A DNA stretch of 64,000 bases, taken from the sequence record PQ741806.1; one strand, 5' to 3'. Below are positions 27,671 to 44,895 of the stretch, in pieces. Position numbers and translations under genes: made by a program. Positions within the stretch are counted from its first letter, which is position 1. Each line of letters starts with the position of its first letter. Below the pieces are notes generated by a model. That model had not been told where the DNA came from, made no database searches, and was given only the letters and a program-made list of their open reading frames with translations.

Positions 27671-27742
27671 TGTAGTTCTCTTCCCAATAGGGTTTTATAA
27701 ACTTCCACAAGACTAAACTCCATTATAGCCCTATCAGATTGG

Positions 27743-27765
27743 GTAATAAAACTTAACAAAAAAAA
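27743..27765 (-). promoter_or_regulatory. Possible early promoter variant
   Basis: Minus TTTTTGTTAAGT-TTTATTAC just downstream of a hairpin, same position as other promoters. Confidence 0.4.
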
Positions 27766-27778
27766 TATTAAACATAAA

Positions 27779-27800
27779 ACCCTCTCCCGAAGGAGAGGGT
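27779..27800. terminator. Hairpin ACCCTCTCC-CGAA-GGAGAGGGT
   Basis: 9-bp stem. Confidence 0.8.
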
Positions 27801-27811
27801 AATATATAACT

Positions 27812-28174
27812 TTATCCATACATTACGAAAGGTACTTCGTAAACAATTAGATAAGTATACATCAGTTTAAAACCAATGTGTAACCACTGATCTTGATTAA
27901 ATGTAATTTTATTATCACATTTTAAATAATCAATAATGCAATGAGCAATTGCTTCAATAAGTCCTAAAACTAATGAACCAGTGATGAAATAAACTGCACC
28001 GCCATGCATAAAACTATGCGCGGGTAATACCCATTTCCAATATAGAGAACCTAGTTCAGTGGTATGATCTTTAGCCTTTGCAATAAAATCATTTTGCAAT
28101 GAAAAATCAAAGATGAAGTGTGCTACAATTAAACCAAAGAATAATGCCATTGAGCTGACACTGATTAATTCCAT
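27812..28174 (-). CDS. DUF3307-like membrane protein (120 aa)
   Basis: AHFIFDFSLQ, AHSFMH, HCIIDYLK, DQWLH conserved His/Asp pattern in TM helices. Confidence 0.75.
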   Translation of the reverse strand: MELISVSSMALFFGLIVAHFIFDFSLQNDFIAKAKDHTTELGSLYWKWVLPAHSFMHGGAVYFITGSLVLGLIEAIAHCIIDYLKCDNKITFNQDQWLHIGFKLMYTYLIVYEVPFVMYG

Positions 28175-28185
28175 TTTATTTCCGC

Positions 28186-28548
28186 CTAGAAAGGTATTTC
28201 ATCTTCAACAATGTGTGAATAGTCGATATTATGTTTTTTACATAATTCTTTAAACTTATTTAATTTAGTTTCAGCTTCTAATAGATCAGAATGTAACTTT
28301 GTCTTATAGTTTTTACCGAAGTCAGCTGGGTTGAATACGGAATTGTAATAAGCGTGTATCTCAGAATATTCTTTCTTTATAAAATCAATAAATTTTGGAT
28401 CATTGCCATCACCAAGATAACTAATTAAATGGCCTAGATCATAATTCTGTCGCCTAGCTGCTTTTAATATAAGTTCATTAATCTCAATTAATTCAGACGT
28501 ATTACACCGCCTTCTTTTAAAATATCGGATAACTTTATTAAATAGCAT
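28186..28548 (-). CDS. Hypothetical protein (120 aa)
   Basis: ORF in operon. Confidence 0.75.
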   Translation of the reverse strand: MLFNKVIRYFKRRRCNTSELIEINELILKAARRQNYDLGHLISYLGDGNDPKFIDFIKKEYSEIHAYYNSVFNPADFGKNYKTKLHSDLLEAETKLNKFKELCKKHNIDYSHIVEDEIPF

Positions 28549-28549
28549 A

Positions 28550-28924
28550 TTAAGTAATCCCTAGCCATTGTAAATATCCACTATCACTTAATCCACGATA
28601 ATAATCATCTTTATTTTTACGTAAATAACAATAAACTATTTTACCCATTAATTGATAACTAGTTTCATTATCAAAGGTAAATTCTTTTTCTAATCTATTA
28701 TTACTATCCACTAATGAGATTACTACATTACCGTAACGTACTGTTAATTTCACAGTTCTAGTGGAATCAGCATCATGAAAGATATAAGTCAACCCATAAT
28801 TCAATTCATTATTTAATACTTGAATACTAGTAGACCTATCAGATTTAATCTGAAGTGGATGTTCGACAATCGCCTTGAATGCTTTATTGCATAAGAGAAT
28901 GTTTTGTATTTTTAATGAATCCAT
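28550..28924 (-). CDS. Hypothetical protein (124 aa)
   Basis: ORF in operon. Confidence 0.75.
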   Translation of the reverse strand: MDSLKIQNILLCNKAFKAIVEHPLQIKSDRSTSIQVLNNELNYGLTYIFHDADSTRTVKLTVRYGNVVISLVDSNNRLEKEFTFDNETSYQLMGKIVYCYLRKNKDDYYRGLSDSGYLQWLGIT

Positions 28925-29073
28925 GACATTACCTGATTTAGTATTTATAATTTACCTATATCGAATTAGAATTAGGTAATAGTGGGTTGACTCAGTAGTC
29001 TTCAATCTAATCAGATCAGTGTTTAGACTGAGATTGAGTATTAAGCTGTAGTGACACTTTAATCAATGACGTA

Positions 29074-29430
29074 TTATGGATTCCCGGCAAGCCAGTTTAC
29101 TGCACATGTTGCTGCTTCATCAAATTGATTCAATGAGAATTTGGTTATCCGAACAGCCTGTGCCATATTAAGAACTTTAAATTCACTATCACCAGACTCA
29201 ATATGAGATATCATGGCATGATGATCATTACTAGTATCATAAACTGCAATGCGGATATCCTTGCCCCTTTCAACCACATATGCGATAGATCGTTTTGTTA
29301 CAGGGTTATCGATGACATTAACTGTTTCACGTAATGTAGCGTCAATCTGGGATGCATTAATATGGGTACTAATAGCATTCAGCAAATAATGCTCAATCTG
29401 TCGCCCTGTTTCAAGAGTTAGAGAACCCAT
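29074..29430 (-). CDS. Hypothetical protein (118 aa)
   Basis: AGGAG RBS. Confidence 0.8.
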   Translation of the reverse strand: MGSLTLETGRQIEHYLLNAISTHINASQIDATLRETVNVIDNPVTKRSIAYVVERGKDIRIAVYDTSNDHHAMISHIESGDSEFKVLNMAQAVRITKFSLNQFDEAATCAVNWLAGNP

Positions 29431-29442
29431 TGTAATCTCCTT

Positions 29443-29805
29443 TTAGAATCCAATATAATCTAGGAACCCATGGTAATCGAATGTTCGTGTTGGGATACTT
29501 GTATCCGAAAAGAACGTATTTATTTGTTTAGCTAATTCAGTATGGTGATGTGAATTATCTTTGTTGATCTTAGTAACCACTTTCTCATCAAAGAAATAGG
29601 TTACGCACATATTTAGTGGTTTATCTATATTGATTTCAACAACTACCTTACGAACCGTATCCTCAGACAAGAGTGTACACTTAGCGCCCCACGGTGAAAC
29701 CTCTATTTTAATGTCTACATGAGGCTTGAGGTTATCATGATATTTCGTGAGTTCCTTCAATACATCATCCATCGTTTGGATGAGCTTTATATTGGTAATA
29801 TTCAT
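29443..29805 (-). CDS. Hypothetical protein (120 aa)
   Basis: Coupled start/stop. Confidence 0.8.
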   Translation of the reverse strand: MNITNIKLIQTMDDVLKELTKYHDNLKPHVDIKIEVSPWGAKCTLLSEDTVRKVVVEINIDKPLNMCVTYFFDEKVVTKINKDNSHHHTELAKQINTFFSDTSIPTRTFDYHGFLDYIGF

Positions 29806-30542
29806 TATAACCCCTCGTAAATATCCTTTCGTTTTGGATTTATGCCTGCAACCTTGCCTTTACTGTTATCGATGTAACAAAGGTATTCATCACAAATGGT
29901 AGTCTTTACAAAAGGAATCAATTGGTTTAGTTCCAATAGAGTGTACTCTTTACCCAAATATTTACACATCTGGGTCAATGGACTACACATCACATTATAA
30001 ATTCCCTTAGTATTTTTTAGAGAGAGGTATTCACCATCAATATCTCTATCATTATTTATCATGTAAATATCACGAATAGGATAATTATCTTTTAATGGTC
30101 CGTTACCAAACTTAACACCATGTACACCATTGGGTCCATTTAGTAAATAATAACCAGTTGGCACAGACCAATATGTGGTGCCTTTAAATCCTGAGAGTAA
30201 ACCATACGGCTCATGATAATCAGAAGTAAAGCATTGTTCATCATTACAGATGACTTCTTGATACATCGAATAATTAACAAGAATCTGTTTAGTTGGATCA
30301 CTTGGTTTAACTAATGGAATAACTGAATATTCTGGATAACTAGTCCATCCGCAACTACCAAGTCCAGATTGTTGGTCGAAGTTACATGGAGCAATTCGCG
30401 GAGTATGATTAGAGTAGAATAAGGGTACTCCATAAAAAGCAAGTGGTTCGTAATTAACACTAGCTTTAGTACACATGCCAATACTAATCAGAAATACCGC
30501 ACAAAATACACGCATCGATAATTTAAACATCAGTGCATCCAC
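29805..30542 (-). CDS. Exported Cys-rich hypothetical protein (245 aa)
   Basis: Signal-peptide-like N-terminus; eight Cys after it. Confidence 0.75.
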   Translation of the reverse strand: MDALMFKLSMRVFCAVFLISIGMCTKASVNYEPLAFYGVPLFYSNHTPRIAPCNFDQQSGLGSCGWTSYPEYSVIPLVKPSDPTKQILVNYSMYQEVICNDEQCFTSDYHEPYGLLSGFKGTTYWSVPTGYYLLNGPNGVHGVKFGNGPLKDNYPIRDIYMINNDRDIDGEYLSLKNTKGIYNVMCSPLTQMCKYLGKEYTLLELNQLIPFVKTTICDEYLCYIDNSKGKVAGINPKRKDIYEGL

Positions 30543-31314
30543 CCTCGGTTTCCTTAATTGCTAATTTTACTAATACATTAACCCATGCACCTTCATCGAG
30601 TAGCCAACCGGCCGCGCCTGTACCATGCTCGGCAAATCCAAGACTATCTAGATAATGTAGCATGAATGTAGTCGGACCAAATCCATATTTCTTATCACAT
30701 TCATTACGTTTAGAAGTATTCCAACCTTGGCGATATATATCCAATACGTCATCAATATAACGCAACTCTGCTTCTGGATGACCACAGCCACACAGGTTAA
30801 ATAATTTGCGTGTAATGGTGTTGTATGTATCACTATATTCTTTTTCATTATAATCAATGAAAGAGCCTTCTCGTTTGAATAGTTGCTTATCGGATGCTAA
30901 ATCATTAAAATGACCAGGGTAATCTTGAGATGGAAGTGCACCTAGCGCCATTAGTATAATAACGCGCGGGTCTTTACGTTCAACTGATTCAATGAGTACT
31001 TCAAAGTTAAGTTCTCGTTGCACCACATTGTTATTGCTGTTGATATTATTCAGCAGAATGTCCATAGCTTCTTGACCATGCCAACTACGGATGTTAGGTT
31101 GGTTATTAGTATAACCAGTAATGGTCAATTGGTTAGCTGTATTTGATTCACCAACAGTAACATGTAGGTAATAAGGACATTGTTCTAATTTCTTAGTAAT
31201 ATCAGTTGAAAATTTATTACCCTCAAGTAGTCCAATATCGCCATGACCGATATACAAACAGATACCTTCAGTAGAAGGTTGAGTGGTGTAGTTAAAGTTC
31301 AAGGATTTAAACAT
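30523..31314 (-). CDS. Hypothetical protein (263 aa)
   Basis: GAGGA RBS; C-terminal LCGCGHPE...LDSLGFAEHG motif. Confidence 0.8.
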   Translation of the reverse strand: MFKSLNFNYTTQPSTEGICLYIGHGDIGLLEGNKFSTDITKKLEQCPYYLHVTVGESNTANQLTITGYTNNQPNIRSWHGQEAMDILLNNINSNNNVVQRELNFEVLIESVERKDPRVIILMALGALPSQDYPGHFNDLASDKQLFKREGSFIDYNEKEYSDTYNTITRKLFNLCGCGHPEAELRYIDDVLDIYRQGWNTSKRNECDKKYGFGPTTFMLHYLDSLGFAEHGTGAAGWLLDEGAWVNVLVKLAIKETEGGCTDV

Positions 31315-31341
31315 ACTCTTTCCTCTATTATAAATGATTAG

Positions 31342-31782
31342 CTATTTACCGTTTATATAAAGATTAAATTGACATTGACACATGAATTCCGCATTTAGAA
31401 TACTTTCGATATTGTAACTAATTGATTTATCAGTGATGATGTTGATATCTAAATGCCATGTCTTAGTATTCTGAGTAATTAGTCTGTATTCAATGTCAAT
31501 ACTAAAACCTGGTGCATCGATTGGGTCATTATCTTCATCATTCTGATAAATAAAGTGTGAACATAAAGTATACCTAGCTTTAATATATTCATCTGGTTTT
31601 ATAACTTTTAAAGGGGCATTGATACGTGACATAAAACCATGATAATTAAATTCTTTATCCCTAATGTCGATAATTTTAGGAGTAACCGATACATAGGCTG
31701 GCCATTGTGGTAGATCTAGTTCACCATGTTTAGATTGGTCTTTATCGATAATGTGAAAAGCTCTAACAATTCTATTGAACAC
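31342..31782 (-). CDS. Hypothetical protein (146 aa)
   Basis: GTG start with AAGG RBS. Confidence 0.75.
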   Translation of the reverse strand: MFNRIVRAFHIIDKDQSKHGELDLPQWPAYVSVTPKIIDIRDKEFNYHGFMSRINAPLKVIKPDEYIKARYTLCSHFIYQNDEDNDPIDAPGFSIDIEYRLITQNTKTWHLDINIITDKSISYNIESILNAEFMCQCQFNLYINGK

Positions 31783-31814
31783 TTGATATACCTTTTAACA
31801 AAAAATTATAAAGA

Positions 31815-31837
31815 AGAGTCCCCGTAATGGGGACTCT
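31815..31837. terminator. Hairpin AGAGTCCCC-GTAAT-GGGGACTCT
   Basis: 9-bp stem. Confidence 0.8.
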
Positions 31838-31850
31838 ATTATATCGTATT

Positions 31851-32102
31851 TTATTTTTTATCGCGATTAGATGGTGCTAGTTTATAAAACTTCCGGAATT
31901 TATTAATAGACAATGTAAATGAATCTTCCCTACCATCCGGATAACCAAGATAAACATCTCGGCGAGAGAGTTTAATTAGCTTATGCGCTGTAGACACGCC
32001 ATTTCGTTCGACTAGAAAAGTACGACCAATATAATCTTCTAGGTTATCTAGATTAGTTGCAGGGATGTATTTAGATTCTTTCAGAGTCAGGGTAGTGCTC
32101 AT
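31851..32102 (-). CDS. Hypothetical protein (83 aa)
   Basis: ORF in operon. Confidence 0.7.
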   Translation of the reverse strand: MSTTLTLKESKYIPATNLDNLEDYIGRTFLVERNGVSTAHKLIKLSRRDVYLGYPDGREDSFTLSINKFRKFYKLAPSNRDKK

Positions 32103-32139
32103 TTAATTTCTTCACCAATTACGAAATAATAAATTAATT

Positions 32140-33198
32140 TTATTTCCAGAGTGTTTTACCAATTAGATCATTTTCTGCAATGAATGCATCTAATTGATGT
32201 CCATAGTAAAGTAAACTATGAATTTGTTGATTTAGACGTTCTTTATTTGAACCTAAGAACATCTTGTGCTTTTCACTATCAGGTAGCTGATCGTAAACTC
32301 GTTGGCAGTACTTCTGTGCCACAACCTTACCAGATGCAAGGAAACGATCATCACCTTCGAATAACTGAGGGATAATATTTTCATCAAGATACTTACTGAT
32401 TTCAGCATCTAGATCAAAATTAATAGTGTCATCGGTTGTTGCGACAGTATCTTCTTGCTGTTCATCATTCCATGGTATTTCAGAACTTACACTATCATCA
32501 AACTGATCACTAGTTGTAGTTTTAGCTAGTTGTTCATCAAATGATGATTGTTTATTTTTCTGTTTATCACGCAGGAAAATAATTGATTCAACAATCTCAT
32601 TAACAATGATGTCTAGATCGCGATTGGTATCTACAACAATTGAACTAGGTTGATTAATTAAGCGTCCATAACCTTCATCTACTTTATTAAAGTAACTGGA
32701 ACCCTTAGACTCATAATAGTCAAGACCTCGGTCGCGCATTTCAATTCGTTTTTTACGAACTTCTTCAGGAGCAGTTAAAAAGAAAGTAGCCGGTTCTGGA
32801 ATAGAATGTAGTGTTCCTTGAAGAATATCCATAAATAGTTTTGATAGGTATGGATTAGTTTCTTCAAAAGGTACTACATTAAGAGCATAAGTAGATGCAA
32901 TGAAACGTTCAGTGATAACGATTTTATCATCTTTTAAAGCAGGTCGAATAATGTTTTCTACATTAAGCATCCTACCTGCACTATGCATCAATACATCGAA
33001 TTCTGGCGGACGAACTTCATCTTTAAATTCTGGCCAAATTAACATTTGTCGAATCTTTTCCGATGTAGCTGTACCACCTGGTTCACGCATTGCTACTACA
33101 TCGTAATTGCGCTTACGTAGTTCCTCAACAACCATCTTTGTAACAGTTGTTTTACCAACACCTTCAGTTCCTTCGATACATACAAATAAACCATTCAT
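32140..33198 (-). CDS. tmk: Thymidylate kinase with about 140-aa C-terminal extension
   Basis: IEGTEGVGKTT P-loop, REPGG, ITERF, lid LDYYE motifs. Confidence 0.93.
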   Translation of the reverse strand: MNGLFVCIEGTEGVGKTTVTKMVVEELRKRNYDVVAMREPGGTATSEKIRQMLIWPEFKDEVRPPEFDVLMHSAGRMLNVENIIRPALKDDKIVITERFIASTYALNVVPFEETNPYLSKLFMDILQGTLHSIPEPATFFLTAPEEVRKKRIEMRDRGLDYYESKGSSYFNKVDEGYGRLINQPSSIVVDTNRDLDIIVNEIVESIIFLRDKQKNKQSSFDEQLAKTTTSDQFDDSVSSEIPWNDEQQEDTVATTDDTINFDLDAEISKYLDENIIPQLFEGDDRFLASGKVVAQKYCQRVYDQLPDSEKHKMFLGSNKERLNQQIHSLLYYGHQLDAFIAENDLIGKTLWK

Positions 33199-33200
33199 TA

Positions 33201-33530
33201 CTAATCCCTCATCTTAAGTTTAATTACTGCTTCAACATTATCTTCTAAATCTTGTTGCGATAATTCTAATGAAGCTCTATAACCTAAGCTATATAGAACA
33301 TCAACTAATACATCAATGCTTAAAGCTGGTAAATTAAACATTTTAATATTCTCACTAAGTTCATCAGAGATGCCTAGTTTAGTGAAAACATCATCAATCA
33401 ATACTTTTTGAGAAATGGCTTTTTGACGGGCAGTTTGTACAATTGCAATAACTAGATTATATTTGATATTGTCAGAATGTGATTTTTTATTATCACCATG
33501 AACTTCTTTAAATAAATTCTGATCCGCCAT
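33201..33530 (-). CDS. Putative XRE-family HTH DNA-binding protein (109 aa)
   Basis: SQ..LGIS.....I....LSIDVLVDVLYSLGY pattern resembles XRE/HigA-type HTH. Confidence 0.5.
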   Translation of the reverse strand: MADQNLFKEVHGDNKKSHSDNIKYNLVIAIVQTARQKAISQKVLIDDVFTKLGISDELSENIKMFNLPALSIDVLVDVLYSLGYRASLELSQQDLEDNVEAVIKLKMRD

Positions 33531-33599
33531 AATACTCAGTTCCTTAAATTATTAAAATGTACTATTTAGCCATTAAACTTTTTTAATATAAAAAATGAC

Positions 33600-33620
33600 C
33601 AGTGGGCAATGCACCCACTG
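33600..33620. terminator. Hairpin CAGTGGG-CAATGCA-CCCACTG
   Basis: 7-bp stem, T-run on minus strand. Confidence 0.7.
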
Positions 33621-33650
33621 ATCTTATTATATTGAAATAGCTAGTATATA

Positions 33651-34055
33651 TTAGCTATTGACATCTTCAAAGAAGCTGGCTACACTTTCAACAACGTCAG
33701 TCATAGCGCTACTCTTATATTTGGTATCTACAACTGTTACAAGAGCACCACTGCGATCAATGATACCAGAAACAGTTGCACCGCCTGCATTATAAGAATA
33801 ACCAAGCTCAGCAATGCTTTCATTTTCTTTCATGTACGGTGCGGCTTTTTCAGCAAATACATAACTTACAGCCGCTGCTAGTTGACCTGCACCTTCATGT
33901 ACCTGCGCATACTGCTCGGCAGTAACGCCTGCTGGTTGAAGAACAACTTCTTCAAATAGACCGTCAGGGATCTCAAATACCCCGGCATCAGACATGCTTA
34001 CTTTTTCATTTAGGTTGTGGGTTTCGATAAACTTCTTGGTGGTTTCGATGGACAT
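33651..34055 (-). CDS. Hypothetical acidic protein (134 aa)
   Basis: ORF in early operon. Confidence 0.85.
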   Translation of the reverse strand: MSIETTKKFIETHNLNEKVSMSDAGVFEIPDGLFEEVVLQPAGVTAEQYAQVHEGAGQLAAAVSYVFAEKAAPYMKENESIAELGYSYNAGGATVSGIIDRSGALVTVVDTKYKSSAMTDVVESVASFFEDVNS

Positions 34056-34085
34056 TTTAGTACTCTCTCTATTTACGGTGGTGGT

Positions 34086-34379
34086 TTAATTTACATCTTT
34101 TATCACAAAGCAACTACCATCATTAAAGACAACCTTAATTAGATTATCAGTTAATGGTCGTTTATATACAACACATTTTACATCGGGGAGTTTAACTACT
34201 TCTTTTAAAGCATCTGGCATACCAATTAGATTAATGGTAGTTAATACTTTATTCAGTGGGCCAAGATGTGAAGTCAGTTCTTGCGCTGACTTAATCAAAT
34301 CTACCATTGTTTTGTCTTTATCTACCATGCTAGTTACTCGATTTGATATATGAAGTACATACGTCACCCAGGTCTTCAC
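34086..34379 (-). CDS. Hypothetical protein (97 aa)
   Basis: ORF in operon; overlaps upstream gene, start may be internal. Confidence 0.65.
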   Translation of the reverse strand: MKTWVTYVLHISNRVTSMVDKDKTMVDLIKSAQELTSHLGPLNKVLTTINLIGMPDALKEVVKLPDVKCVVYKRPLTDNLIKVVFNDGSCFVIKDVN

Positions 34380-34884
34380 CAGAGTCGATCATCTCACGAG
34401 CATCACCGATGGGAGTACCAGGGTGCTCACGCTCGGTTGCTTTAGCCACGTGTTCAATTGCAACTGGAGACCATCGAGCGGCGACAGCCTCACATACACC
34501 GATCGAATTCACTCTACGGATCATATGTGCACCAGTATCAATTACACTGAAACTGAGTTCACTAATAATTTCCACTCCTTTTAGTTTATCGATACTATCA
34601 ATAACCTGCGTACTAATTAGATAATTAGCTGTATCGTTATTATACGCAAGCACTAGTTTGAAACTCATTAGGGAGTTATCTTTATCGGTGTCCCCAGCGA
34701 TTAACTCATGATTTGAAGTGAGTGTATAGATACAACTACTCTCCTGAGCAGTAATTGGTGATCCTGGTGAAGAACTATATACACTAGGTGCATTAGCTGT
34801 ATTTAGTGCAAACTTATTTACAGTGGAATTAGCGCCAGGAACTTTATAACCAATAGGTCTGGCAGTGAAAATTACAACGCTCAT
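34330..34884 (-). CDS. Hypothetical protein (184 aa)
   Basis: GAGGA RBS, first gene after early promoter. Confidence 0.85.
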   Translation of the reverse strand: MSVVIFTARPIGYKVPGANSTVNKFALNTANAPSVYSSSPGSPITAQESSCIYTLTSNHELIAGDTDKDNSLMSFKLVLAYNNDTANYLISTQVIDSIDKLKGVEIISELSFSVIDTGAHMIRRVNSIGVCEAVAARWSPVAIEHVAKATEREHPGTPIGDAREMIDSGEDLGDVCTSYIKSSN

Positions 34885-34929
34885 TGTGATTCCTCTTTAC
34901 TAGATAGATGGTTTCCTAATTACACACTA

Positions 34930-34954
34930 GTAATATAAATCTCAAATTTTTTTT
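34930..34954 (-). promoter_or_regulatory. phiKZ-type early promoter
   Basis: Minus AAAATTTGAGATT-TATATTAC (core 34930-34937). Confidence 0.8.
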
Positions 34955-34967
34955 AATACGAAATAAA

Positions 34968-34985
34968 GCCTCCCCGAAGGGAGGC
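34968..34985. terminator. Hairpin GCCTCCC-CGAA-GGGAGGC (identical to 860-877)
   Basis: 7-bp stem after tad1 stop. Confidence 0.85.
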
Positions 34986-34992
34986 ATTTATG

Positions 34993-35685
34993 TCAATTAC
35001 CACTATAGGTACCTTCAGTACCTTGTTCTTTACGTCTTACGAGGCGTTGATGAATTGCACTAAGAGCACGGTCCATTGAATTAATCACTACCTGATTCTC
35101 TTCACATGCAAATGGGCCTGCTTGATAACCTTCAAATAAATCTTTAACGATTTTAAGTAGACAGTCAGCAGTTAGGCCATTTACACCAACTTCTGGAACA
35201 AGTCCATTCTGCATTAGGATAACACATTCAGTCAGATTATCACCAGGCATAGCAGCTGGGTTAGTCTGAGCATTATAACCAGTTACCACATAACGTTTAG
35301 TTGCACCTGATTTCTGATCAATACCACTTGCTTCAATATTTAGACCATTTTCATCAAAATGTTCATGGCCATAAATACCTTGCATAGTTACCCATCCACC
35401 ATCTTCTTGATAAATCCAATCTACCCCATTTACATGATAAGTATCACCTGGTTCAGGGTCAGTTGGAAGATCTTTAGTAGTGGTTAATGCACGGATACGC
35501 GCATATTCTTCAATTGCAATTTGTACATCAGTTGCAGTAATTTTCTTCTCAGGTTCAGTAGCTTCATCTTGTTGAGACTTATCGCTACCTTCCTTTTGAT
35601 CATTATCCATATCGGAAGAATCTACTGTACTTTTAGCTTCTTTACTTTCTAAGGAAGCTAACCACTCAAGATTAGGTTTAGACAT
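34993..35685 (-). CDS. tad1: Tad1-family anti-defence sponge domain with acidic N-terminal extension (230 aa from MSKPN)
   Basis: C-terminal MQNG...NGLT..LL.IV.D....YQAGPFACEEN....AL....QR..RR....EGT follows the Tad1 pattern as I recall it; GAGG RBS before ATG 35685. Confidence 0.8.
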   Translation of the reverse strand: MSKPNLEWLASLESKEAKSTVDSSDMDNDQKEGSDKSQQDEATEPEKKITATDVQIAIEEYARIRALTTTKDLPTDPEPGDTYHVNGVDWIYQEDGGWVTMQGIYGHEHFDENGLNIEASGIDQKSGATKRYVVTGYNAQTNPAAMPGDNLTECVILMQNGLVPEVGVNGLTADCLLKIVKDLFEGYQAGPFACEENQVVINSMDRALSAIHQRLVRRKEQGTEGTYSGN

Positions 35686-35692
35686 ACTTACC

Positions 35693-35998
35693 TCAATAAA
35701 TGAAACCACCAATGTAAAGTGACACTACTACATCGGCAACCCGAGGGTCTTGTGAATATTTAGATTTGACTAGTTTAATAAGTTCGGCTCGATTTTTAAT
35801 GAAGCCTAGTTTCTTATTATCAATTTCTTCAGCTTTAATTAGGAAGTCATCTAACTTCTTCTTACTACCCAGTAAATTAATCACCATTTGATCAATAACT
35901 GCATTAGAATTTGATAGTTTAGTTAATTCTTGTTCAAAAACTTCCTTACGTCCTTCTGATCCAATTAAAGCTAGACCGATCTTTTTAAGTAGAGACAT
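35693..35998 (-). CDS. Hypothetical protein (101 aa)
   Basis: Between tail gene and tad1. Confidence 0.75.
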   Translation of the reverse strand: MSLLKKIGLALIGSEGRKEVFEQELTKLSNSNAVIDQMVINLLGSKKKLDDFLIKAEEIDNKKLGFIKNRAELIKLVKSKYSQDPRVADVVVSLYIGGFIY

Positions 35999-36056
35999 GT
36001 TAATTACCTATTACATTGGTTTAAGAATGGTTACAATAAATAACTATTCCAAGTAT

Positions 36057-44832
<8,776 letters not shown>

Positions 44833-44895
44833 TGACGATTAGTAAAGTATCATATCGTTGTTTAACTTAGTATTACCAAAATAGGAAAATAGAAA

